Shown one piece after another: positions 17,342 to 25,006 of a stretch of DNA of 64,000 bases; positions within the stretch are counted from its first letter, which is position 1, and each line of letters opens with the position of its first letter. Under the pieces are notes generated by a model. It had not been told where the DNA came from and searched no databases. It saw only the letters and a list, made by a program, of their open reading frames with translations. The position numbers were made by a program, and so were the translations under genes. Origin of the DNA: a virus (lineage: Duplodnaviria > Caudoviricetes); IMG/VR virus record IMGVR_UViG_3300033074_000304, positions 2,540 to 66,539 of that record, one strand, 5' to 3'.

Positions 17342-18207
17342 CCTAAGTAGCCTGCCATCATGGCCAGAATGGCTTCAGCCTCAGCCGCGACTTGTTTCTG
17401 GTGAACGTCAGCCCCTTCCCGCTTGCACCCTTCAACCTGACCAGCTTGGGGCACCAGCTTGTCTTGCAATGCCTTGGCAATGCGGTCCAGTTCAGGGTCC
17501 TTGTCTACGTTGAGAGCTGGCAGCAGGGCGGTCAGGTCAACGATATCACCCAACAGGCTATCGTGAACTCGTTGGTAGGTGCCGTCCTTCAGGGTCAGGT
17601 ATACCCGGTTGACTGCATCATGGACCCGTTGCCAGACAGACTTCATGGCGTCCTTATGCGCGTCAATCATACGCATCTCAAGGTCAGACGTTGCAAGGTT
17701 GATCTCGTAATCGACCATACCCTCAAGGTGCTTGTATTGGTCAGAGCTGGGAAGTGGGTTGACCGTGAAGTCAACTCGGTAGCCTGCCTTGAACGTGTAT
17801 TCATCAGGGTAGTCAGCTGCATTGAAGGTGCCGTTCAGGGCGATGCGGCGGCGTGCAATGATATCGTCATAGTCCAGAGCCGCGATCATTGCGTTGATCT
17901 TGTCGATCCCCTCGCGCATCTTGTGGGTGTAGTCCATGTACAGCTGGGTGACCAGCAGACGGCCTTCAGTGCCTTTCCATGGAATGGTCATATGGTAGTG
18001 TACTGACTCGCGCAACCGGCCAATCTCGCGTTCCACATCTTCAAGTTCAGAGCCGAAAAGGTCCTTGACTGTCTTCAGGGTGCGCTTGCCCTTGACGCCA
18101 TGATTTGACTTCTGCTCTTCAGTCAGGGCCTTGTCGACCCGGCTGAGTGTTGGACGGTTGACGTTGAATGATACGAGTACCGCGTGTTTATCAAGTTGGA
18201 ATGCCAT
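17338..18207 (-). CDS. Helical hypothetical protein of the AAA/vWA module (DUF3150-like)
   Basis: TIPW...RLL...Y...., FNAADYP, LLPALNV..DPEL; typical position between AAA and vWA genes; SD AGGAGGT. Confidence 0.6.
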   Translation of the reverse strand: MAFQLDKHAVLVSFNVNRPTLSRVDKALTEEQKSNHGVKGKRTLKTVKDLFGSELEDVEREIGRLRESVHYHMTIPWKGTEGRLLVTQLYMDYTHKMREGIDKINAMIAALDYDDIIARRRIALNGTFNAADYPDEYTFKAGYRVDFTVNPLPSSDQYKHLEGMVDYEINLATSDLEMRMIDAHKDAMKSVWQRVHDAVNRVYLTLKDGTYQRVHDSLLGDIVDLTALLPALNVDKDPELDRIAKALQDKLVPQAGQVEGCKREGADVHQKQVAAEAEAILAMMAGYLG

Positions 18208-18353
18208 AAGCCACCTCCTGTGGGTTAAGGGTGAACGGTATAGTGGGTCGAGTTGCCTGATTCTTTCGGGCCTGTCAGTACACTTTCCCGGCAAACTGGC
18301 AGACCCTGAATAATCAGAGAACTATTTGATCATTGCTGCATCACCTCCCCTTT

Positions 18354-19388
18354 CTATGCGGCCCCCATCAGGTCACCGTGGCACTGAAACCACTTGGTGA
18401 AGTTGGGAGCCATCTGCACAGCCTGTGAAGCCGGTGACTTGACTGCATAGTCAACCATCATGACCGAGAACTCAGGGCTCAGTCGCATCGCATAGGTCAG
18501 GAAAGCGTCTGCGTTTGATGCGTTCAGGTGAGCACAGATACCACCGGCCATTGCATAGAGCACGCTGACCTTGCTGGGGATAGGTGCCTCAAGGGGATCG
18601 GCAAGAACAGTCTGAGGCGGCACCATCTCTGCCATGATATCCAGAAAGGCCCCCAGTTCTACAGCCTGACCCTTCCCGATGATGCCTGACAGGACAGAGT
18701 GGTACAGGTTGCGCGGCAGTCCGGTGTTCAGGTAGTCAGACACTGCCTTCCACGACCGGGGTGATGCAAAGACCAGCTCCTCAGATGCCGTGGCCGGGTC
18801 GAAATCATACAGGTTGGCCCCTTTCTTGTAGGACAGCCAAGCGATGACGCCGGGGTTGACGCTTGCCCGGTATGCCCAGTCGCGCCAGTCTGGGAAGTCA
18901 ACAACCATCTCCAAGTGCGGATGGAAACGGTCAGCCAGTGCGGTTGACATCTTGCCAGCAGCACCGGCCCGGTCAGTTGCCCAGTTGCCAGCAAATACAA
19001 GGGTCCAACCTTCAGGCAACGCGTTTCCACGTAGAGCCCGTTCCTCGCCTGCCAGTTCCAGCATTGCTGCCTGATTGGCCATAGGGGCTTTGTCAATCTC
19101 ATCGAAGAACACAAGGCCCTTGCCACCAGTAGGGAACCAGCTGGGCCGTGCGAACATGGTGACCCCGTTCTCGACATACGGTACCCCGGCCAGTTCAACC
19201 GGGTCGATCTGAGACAACCGGATATCAACCATGCCGAGCCCCTGTTCCTTGCAGAACTCGCGGACTACTGCAGACTTGCCGATACCGGGAGACCCCCAGA
19301 TACCCACGTTACGCCCTGCCTTGACTGCCCATTCCATAGTTTCCTTGATGGTGCTGCTCTTTACTTGCATGATATTTTTCTTGGCCAT
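18354..19388 (-). CDS. MoxR/dynein-related AAA+ ATPase
   Basis: Walker A GSPGIGKS, DIRLSQIDPVELAGVP, Walker B FFDEID, AGN, ALADRF, SPRSW. Confidence 0.9.
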   Translation of the reverse strand: MAKKNIMQVKSSTIKETMEWAVKAGRNVGIWGSPGIGKSAVVREFCKEQGLGMVDIRLSQIDPVELAGVPYVENGVTMFARPSWFPTGGKGLVFFDEIDKAPMANQAAMLELAGEERALRGNALPEGWTLVFAGNWATDRAGAAGKMSTALADRFHPHLEMVVDFPDWRDWAYRASVNPGVIAWLSYKKGANLYDFDPATASEELVFASPRSWKAVSDYLNTGLPRNLYHSVLSGIIGKGQAVELGAFLDIMAEMVPPQTVLADPLEAPIPSKVSVLYAMAGGICAHLNASNADAFLTYAMRLSPEFSVMMVDYAVKSPASQAVQMAPNFTKWFQCHGDLMGAA

Positions 19389-19441
19389 AAGCGCCCCCTT
19401 TGGTTGTTGTTAATAAGTTGACAGCATGGTGTCAGGCAAGG

Positions 19442-19750
19442 CTACAGGTATGCTGTCAGCCCCTCGCCAGATGCTTTGATGATGGTCTTGAACTTGTCAA
19501 AAGGTACGTCGTGGACCTTACCGTCTGGGTCAGTGATTTCGCACCAGATAGAACCCCAGCATTCACCGTTGCTGAATCTTGACCAGCCGATGCCGCCTTC
19601 AAACGAGTATCCGTTCAGGTTGCCATGAAGCCTGCCGTTCTTGATCTTGAATGCATGGGTCTTTGCTGCGTAGTTCCCGGCGTGCATTACTGGGGCAAAC
19701 CTGTTGTAGAATCTGCTGTACATTGCTTTTGATGAAAGGCCTCTTGCCAT
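19442..19750 (-). CDS. Hypothetical protein
   Basis: ORF with SD AGGGGG. Confidence 0.55.
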   Translation of the reverse strand: MARGLSSKAMYSRFYNRFAPVMHAGNYAAKTHAFKIKNGRLHGNLNGYSFEGGIGWSRFSNGECWGSIWCEITDPDGKVHDVPFDKFKTIIKASGEGLTAYL

Positions 19751-19812
19751 ATAGCACCCCCTGAGTTGTTAGAGATAAGTTGGCAGCAGCTGACTAGCGA
19801 CTTGGTTGCCGG

Positions 19813-20082
19813 TTATGAGACGCGAACCCAGCCACCGTCATAAGGCTGACCGTTGATAAACCAGCTGAAGTTACGTTGCACGACTGAGCAGAATGCGTTC
19901 AGGCGTTCCTTTGTGGTGCTTGAGGACCAGCCTGCATTGCTGACGTAGATACCATCAGCCCGGCGTTCTACAATCTTGTTACCGTGGAGATACACGGCGT
20001 TACCATCAGTGTGAGTATTGCCAACGCGGCACGGGCGCTGGTCTTGGAATGCAGCATGGATTGTTTTGGTAGTTTTTCTCAT
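19813..20082 (-). CDS. Hypothetical protein
   Basis: VYLHGNKI...NAGWSSSTTKERLN pattern common in phage early genes. Confidence 0.65.
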   Translation of the reverse strand: MRKTTKTIHAAFQDQRPCRVGNTHTDGNAVYLHGNKIVERRADGIYVSNAGWSSSTTKERLNAFCSVVQRNFSWFINGQPYDGGWVRVS

Positions 20083-20084
20083 AG

Positions 20085-20216
20085 TCATACCTCCTGAGCT
20101 GGCATAGGCCAGTATTTTGAACTGCTGCGATCTTCAGCGTAGATATAGCGCATCAGGCTGACGAACCCCTCAGCCTCGACACGACGACGGCGGCCTGAGT
20201 TATATTTTTTTGGCAT
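20085..20216 (-). CDS. Small hypothetical protein
   Basis: SD GGAGGT before MPKKY. Confidence 0.35.
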   Translation of the reverse strand: MPKKYNSGRRRRVEAEGFVSLMRYIYAEDRSSSKYWPMPAQEV

Positions 20217-20305
20217 GGCGGCACCTCCAGAGCTGTTCCCTGCTGATAAGGCGTTCAAGGTAGATTTCAAGCTGGTCCAGACGTTTGATGGTTTCACTCA
20301 TGGCG

Positions 20306-20554
20306 TTACCTCAATTCTTTGTGCATCTTGGCCAGTGCCGTGTTGATGTGGTCATCGTTCAGGTACTTGTACAGCGTGTCACAAACGAACGGGGTCATGC
20401 CTGCAGCGTGCAGTAAGTCCCATGCGTGGCGTTTGGCAGAATGACCGGCGTTCAGGTAAAAAGAGTAGTCCTGAGCATGATCTTTGAGCATGGCGTTGTG
20501 CTTGGCTACTATGGCTGATTGCAGCTGATTGTAGTGTTCTGTGGTCATTTTCAT
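20306..20554 (-). CDS. Hypothetical protein
   Basis: WDLLH...CDTLYKYLNDDHINTAL; SD AGGAGGT. Confidence 0.65.
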   Translation of the reverse strand: MKMTTEHYNQLQSAIVAKHNAMLKDHAQDYSFYLNAGHSAKRHAWDLLHAAGMTPFVCDTLYKYLNDDHINTALAKMHKELR

Positions 20555-20564
20555 GGGTCACCTC

Positions 20565-20795
20565 CTATGGGAACATGCGGTCAGGGACAAACAGCCGCTG
20601 GCCCTTGACAGTTACGTAGTAGCTGGCAGAGTTGCTGCAGCAGATGGCATAGACACGCAGGTTACAGCCCTTGTCGCGCTTGACGTAATAATGAGTTGGT
20701 ATCTTGCTGCCGTAACCTGACTTTGTAATGCCGGAACGGCCACGCCAATCTTGGTGCAGATAGTGTACTGTCCAGTTCTCTGGGATATAGTTCAT
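20565..20795 (-). CDS. Hypothetical protein (first gene of the leftward arm)
   Basis: GYGSKIPT.Y...RVYAICCSN; start reassigned to 20795 behind AGGAGGT. Confidence 0.65.
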   Translation of the reverse strand: MNYIPENWTVHYLHQDWRGRSGITKSGYGSKIPTHYYVKRDKGCNLRVYAICCSNSASYYVTVKGQRLFVPDRMFP

Positions 20796-20799
20796 AGGC

Positions 20800-21262
20800 C
20801 ACCTCCTAAAGATAGTTGCGTCAGGCCCCGGAGTGACTACCGGCGGTTTCGTGTCCTTCTCATAACCACTGCCTGACTGTTTGGTTGTGTACTCCATACG
20901 ATACCTGATGATCAGATACCCTATGCAGAACACAACCTTGGCTTCATAGCCCGTGCCTCAGTCGTTATCACTGATGCCGGTACTAAACGGTATTACCCTT
21001 GCCTGCCTGCCTGCATTGCCCTGATTCGGAGCCCCGGACACCCTATGCTTAATGGGTGCAATGTTGCGTTTCGTCACCGTCCAATCAGGCGCTATTCAGT
21101 TGTCGCTTGCCAGTGATCAAGATGGTCACACTGGGGCGTAAGAGCTGGGGCAGAGGTCTTGGTCACTGTTACCGCCTCGAAGGGGACTGAGTGACCGCCC
21201 CAACCATTTCGGTTGTAGGGGCCGGGAAGACCGTGTCGCTATGTGACTGCCCTTGCGACAAT
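20800..21262 (-). ncRNA. Candidate long structured leader or ncRNA
   Basis: Multiple nested helices on the minus strand (TGTCGC/GCGACA, GGTCTT/AAGACC, GCCCC/GGGGC, GGTCACT/AGTGACC, CTGATT/AATCAG, GCACCC/GGGTGT); no convincing CDS. Confidence 0.45.
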
Positions 21263-21291
21263 TCCGTTGTCTCATATTTTATTTACTTTGT

Positions 21292-21302
21292 CAACTTGGT
21301 TG
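21292..21302. promoter_or_regulatory. Operator-like dyad CAACTTGGTTG
   Basis: Perfect match in the control region. Confidence 0.6.
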
Positions 21303-21864
21303 CCCCTTAACTACAACTTGTTCGCAGTAAACAAGTATCGCGCGTAATTGGTATATATAGTGCATTTAGTAATAATAAGAAAAGCTTAGTAATAATAAGG
21401 TGTTGTAGTATGTAAGGTATGTAAGGAGGGGGAGAGGTCGGTCAGTGTTCACAAAATGAACATAGTCGTAGCACGATTCTGAGATTCGTAACACGATCTG
21501 CCAACCTGCTGATAATACATAGATAGCAAGGAGGCGGCAGGTCCGATCTCCCGGGGTACTCAGCCAGGATGTAGTCAGTAATGAGTGTACAGCAGGGCAG
21601 GACTGTAATGATTACGCATAGTTGGCTATAGTGGGCAAAGGTCTATAAGGTCTCTGCTCTCTGTTCCGGGCCTGATCTGGGCCTTGCCCGGACAGCCCCT
21701 ATACCCGTATCCCCCACCCGGGTACCCTAGCCCCAGAACGCCTGGCCTGTGCCTACATGATATGATTCCTACCCTTCATCATCATCCCATCATTTTTATC
21801 ACCTCCAATGTTTACATTATTAAGCTACCCGTACTTTGCTTATTTTAAATGTTTACATTATTAG

Positions 21865-21893
21865 TTGACACTGCACCAACCAAGTTGTATGTT
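21865..21893 (+). promoter_or_regulatory. Rightward sigma70-type promoter with a perfect operator in the spacer
   Basis: TTGACA-17 bp-TATGTT; CAACCAAGTTG at 21877-21887; ATGTTTACATTATTA repeats upstream. Confidence 0.7.
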
Positions 21894-21915
21894 TACACAA
21901 AACAAGGAGACACGT

Positions 21916-22293
21916 ATGCACGACCATAAGCAGTTTGAGTATATGAATTTTATGAGGGCGATCAGAGAACTTCTCTCCAAGGAGTTGTCAGAAGCGAAGC
22001 TGGTCTTGGGGACTCTTGATTTGACCGTGCCTTCTGATGATGACCGTCTGATAGCTGTACCGGGCCAGTATTACAAGGTGAAGGGGTATGTGATCCACAA
22101 GGACAGCAAACGAGGTGTGAAGTTCGAGAAGGAGTTCTTGGCTGAGATCACTCAGGATGTGTCTTATGACAGGCTGATGCCGATGGTGTTGGAGATAGCA
22201 GATGATGTGTCCCATCATTTCTTTGGATGCGATGAATCGGAAATTGCGATAGGAGCCAGACCGGGTAGTCATGGGATTAAGGGATTGGCATGA
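21916..22293 (+). CDS. Hypothetical protein
   Basis: SD AAGGAG; start reassigned to ATG 21916. Confidence 0.65.
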   Translation: MHDHKQFEYMNFMRAIRELLSKELSEAKLVLGTLDLTVPSDDDRLIAVPGQYYKVKGYVIHKDSKRGVKFEKEFLAEITQDVSYDRLMPMVLEIADDVSHHFFGCDESEIAIGARPGSHGIKGLA

Positions 22294-22487
22294 TCGGCAG
22301 AGGGGCGAAAGAGCCTGAGTATCAGGATGTAAAAGACAGATGGGCAGACATACGGGCTCTCTTCAGCCAACGCGAGATGCAGGACGCAATAAATAGGCAC
22401 GCTAAGGCTTTGGCTGACCAGATAGATGCAGATTTGTTGAACGCAATCAAGGGACCAGTGCATGAAATTAAGAGCAAGAAAAGGTAG
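22290..22487 (+). CDS. Hypothetical protein
   Basis: Coupled ORF; N-terminus IGRGAKEPEY resembles that of 22616. Confidence 0.5.
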   Translation: MIGRGAKEPEYQDVKDRWADIRALFSQREMQDAINRHAKALADQIDADLLNAIKGPVHEIKSKKR

Positions 22488-22632
22488 CAGTGAAGCCCGT
22501 TTGAAGGTGTTCTCCTTCAGGGTGACTGATGAGGAAGAGGCTTTGATTGAGAAGGCTTTCAGAGACTCAAAGCATTTGTCATATCAGGATTATCTACGGG
22601 AAGTGGTGATGGCAGATGCTGCAAATAGGTAG
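22462..22632 (+). CDS. Ribbon-helix-helix-like protein (56 aa, not in ORF track)
   Basis: LKVFSFRVTDEEEALIEKAF...SYQDYLREVVM. Confidence 0.6.
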   Translation: MKLRARKGSSEARLKVFSFRVTDEEEALIEKAFRDSKHLSYQDYLREVVMADAANR

Positions 22633-22933
22633 AGGGGCAGAGAAACCTGAATACGAGTTTGGGTCTAGCCAGTATGCGTCGATATACGCCTCTGCCACCA
22701 ATAAGTTGTTTGTACACAGGTACTCGCCTGTCGCCGAGCTGTGCGACATGATCGACAGCGTGGAGAAGTACCACAACAAGAGACCATCAGCTTTGGTTAT
22801 GAGGCCAGAAAACATCAAGAGGTTGATGGACTTGACAAGAGGTGGCTATGCCGCAACGGTCACAACCGACCTGCCATTCGGGAAGCCGGTGGGTAAGTTC
22901 GACGGAATAGACGTGTATGTGGAGATGATATGA
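22616..22933 (+). CDS. Hypothetical protein
   Basis: ORF track. Confidence 0.55.
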   Translation: MLQIGRGAEKPEYEFGSSQYASIYASATNKLFVHRYSPVAELCDMIDSVEKYHNKRPSALVMRPENIKRLMDLTRGGYAATVTTDLPFGKPVGKFDGIDVYVEMI

Positions 22934-23208
22934 AAGAGTTGCGCGCAATAACCGAGATAGGAATGTCTGAGATGCAGGACAAGGGCCTCAACGCCTATCG
23001 TGAGGCGATCCAGTTCGACCTGCTGATGAAGATAAAGCAGGAACTGGCTGATAATCTGGACAAGTTCGTGATGATAGAGAGGCGTACTGACCCTTTGACC
23101 GGTGTGATGCATGTGAAGGCCTCTCTGAGGCTGCTGGAGCCATCCGATGGGCAGATGATGAGGTTTGCCTACGTCCCTTTTGAAGACGAACAGATGAGGT
23201 TGAGATGA
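22930..23208 (+). CDS. Hypothetical protein
   Basis: Coupled ORF. Confidence 0.55.
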   Translation: MKELRAITEIGMSEMQDKGLNAYREAIQFDLLMKIKQELADNLDKFVMIERRTDPLTGVMHVKASLRLLEPSDGQMMRFAYVPFEDEQMRLR

Positions 23209-23579
23209 TTTATGCGCAGGTAGAGATACCGATGTACCAGCTGCATGTTGTTTTCTGTGGGGATTGTGAGCCTCATGATGTGGTTGAGGAGCTTGCTAAA
23301 AGACACAAGCATGTTCTGGGTGTGTTTGAGCAGACCAACACCAACGCTTTGGGCAGGTGCTGGGTACATGATGGTGACGTTTATATCTGGGTGAAGGATA
23401 TGGGCATGGGTGGGGCGTTCCTCCATGAGATGGTGCATGCAGCCTGTGGGATCATGGACCTCAAGGGTATACCGTTGTGCTCTGAGACGGAAGAGGTGCT
23501 GGCGTATCTGGTGGGTTATCTGAAGGTGGCGCTGCTGGATGAGGTGTACGCAGAGAGGGAGAAGATTGAATGCGACTGA
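23205..23579 (+). CDS. Small zincin-like metallopeptidase
   Basis: FLHEMVHAA (HExxH) followed by EEVLAYLVGYL. Confidence 0.65.
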   Translation: MIYAQVEIPMYQLHVVFCGDCEPHDVVEELAKRHKHVLGVFEQTNTNALGRCWVHDGDVYIWVKDMGMGGAFLHEMVHAACGIMDLKGIPLCSETEEVLAYLVGYLKVALLDEVYAEREKIECD

Positions 23580-23968
23580 TACTTCCTACCGGCATCACGT
23601 TCCCCAGAAAGACCAAGGCTGACAAGAAGTATATGTTGAATCTCAACGTGTACAGGAATCTCAACTTCATCGTGAATAACCAGATGAAGGCGGCTTTTTC
23701 GGAGCTGGTTGACAATGAGATATACCGCACAAGGCCAGAGATTCCTCCTCCACCTTACCGCTTTACCTACACCCTGTTTCAAGAGTCTAAACGGAAGACT
23801 GACGTAGCAAATGTGTGCTGCGTTGTGGACAAATTTTGCTGCGACAGCTTGGTATCTCTGGGGATAGTAGACGACGACAACCATAACATCATCAAGGAAG
23901 TGGTGTACCGGTATGGAGGAGTGGATAAAGACAATCCAAGGGTTGAATTAACTGTGGAGGGGATATGA
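23570..23968 (+). CDS. RusA-like Holliday junction resolvase/endonuclease
   Basis: RKTDVAN...DK..CDSL...GIVDDDN...NPRVELTV. Confidence 0.8.
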   Translation: MRLILPTGITFPRKTKADKKYMLNLNVYRNLNFIVNNQMKAAFSELVDNEIYRTRPEIPPPPYRFTYTLFQESKRKTDVANVCCVVDKFCCDSLVSLGIVDDDNHNIIKEVVYRYGGVDKDNPRVELTVEGI

Positions 23969-24240
23969 AGGGTTACAATTTTGGTGAGGCGTTGGCGCTG
24001 CTGAAGGCAGGACATAGGGTCGCCCGTGAGAGCTGGAACGGTAAGGGGATGTGGTTGTTTTTGAACCCCGGATTGACGAGCTTTGGGTGTGACGACATGC
24101 AGGAGATGTCTGGTCTGCGTCAGGACGAGATTGAAGAGCTGCCATATATTTGCATGGTGACGGTGGATAAAAAGATTGTCCCTTGGCTTGCTTCACAGAC
24201 CGACCTGTTGGTAGAGGACTGGGTTGTTTTGACAGATTGA
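23965..24240 (+). CDS. DUF2829 protein (Tad2-like anti-defence sponge family)
   Basis: NFGEALALLKAGHRVARESWNGKGMW...PWLASQTDLLVEDW. Confidence 0.85.
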   Translation: MKGYNFGEALALLKAGHRVARESWNGKGMWLFLNPGLTSFGCDDMQEMSGLRQDEIEELPYICMVTVDKKIVPWLASQTDLLVEDWVVLTD

Positions 24241-24815
24241 GTTCCCGGCAACGGGCTTGACGCCCCTGAAGAATATCGGTTTTCATTCCGGCAATGCTCC
24301 CGGAGGGGAGAGGCGACCGAGGTCGGTACGACCGGAGCGCAAATAGGCTGCAGTACCTCAGCTGGTTAGAGGTGGGGCCGCGATAGTGAGAGCTATCAAC
24401 GCCCCAAGTCGCCGGTTCGATTCCGGCCTGCAGCCGCATGATTTACTGGCCACAATAGCCCACCTCTGGGAGCCATGTAGCTGCATGGCATAGCGTGGAA
24501 GAGACTTAACTGCGGGTAGCTCCGTGGTCAGCCGGTGCCGAGTGGGAAGGTGTCTAAATCCGGTTAGTGCGACCAGTATGACAGCCGGGAAAGACCGGCA
24601 AACAGTTTTGCGGGAGCTGAGAGTATCGGCTCCGCTGCCACCGTCATTGAGGGGCAGACTGGGCTACAAGGACGATCCTCGTCACTTCCCGGCTGTAGCG
24701 ACCTGAGCGGTGGTTCCAAAGACGGCTACCCTGCTGCCGATAAACGCAGGGGCGTGTCGGGAGCTGGTTACTCCCAAAAGGGAAAGCGGGGATGCCCGAA
24801 AGAACCCGCGACAAT
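24241..24815 (+). ncRNA. Candidate large structured ncRNA region containing a tRNA-like domain
   Basis: About 575 nt with no good CDS; GNRA-capped hairpins (CCCG-GCAA-CGGG, GATAGT-GAGA-GCTATC), GCCGG-GAAAGA-CCGGC, tetraloop-receptor-like TCTAAA/TATGA. Confidence 0.55.
24346..24438 (+). tRNA. tRNA-shaped RNA with the anticodon loop replaced by a 22-nt GNRA-capped extension
   Basis: Acceptor GCTGCAG/CTGCAGC, T8A9, D stem CCTC/GAGG with GG in the loop, stem GGGGC/GCCCC, 5-nt variable loop, T arm GCCGG-TTCGATT-CCGGC; no 7-nt anticodon loop; ends C-GCA, not CCA. Confidence 0.75.
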
Positions 24816-24829
24816 GGCAAGGAGGCTAC

Positions 24830-25006
24830 ATGACCGCATGCCCGTACTGTCAGGCAGAGTTTATTATGCACTCAGCGTTGTCGTACCACATCAGGGTCAT
24901 GCACCCAGCAAAAGTAGAGGAGTTTTTCAATGGCGCGTACCCGAAAGAGGGATGTGATCCCACCCCAAGAAGCCGTGATTGTGGAGGCCCTTGCATCAGG
25001 GGCTGA
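24830..25006 (+). CDS. C2H2 zinc-finger protein (58 aa)
   Basis: C-x2-C-x3-F-x5-L-x2-H-x4-H exactly (CPYCQAEFIMHSALSYHIRVMH); SD AAGGAGG. Confidence 0.75.
   Translation: MTACPYCQAEFIMHSALSYHIRVMHPAKVEEFFNGAYPKEGCDPTPRSRDCGGPCIRG

Noticed and set aside
21060-21090. Hammerhead-like CTGATTG...GAC-GAAAC on the minus strand
   Set aside because: Core is CUGAUUG rather than CUGANGA, and stem III lacks the required GUH; not a canonical hammerhead
22616-22933. Weak resemblance of the C-terminus to a capsid A-domain fragment
   Set aside because: Only a loose pattern (PSALVM...GKFDGIDV); cannot be supported without a profile search
24346-24438. tRNA-Sec or tmRNA interpretation of the tRNA-like element
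   Set aside because: No UCA anticodon or long variable arm for Sec; no G3:U70 pair, tag ORF or pseudoknots, and a full D stem is present, unlike tmRNA
24530-24600. Cobalamin or c-di-GMP riboswitch resemblance (GGGAAGGTG, CTAAA, GAAA loop)
   Set aside because: Only isolated sub-motifs match; conserved cores and their order are missing, so it is treated as part of an unknown structured RNA
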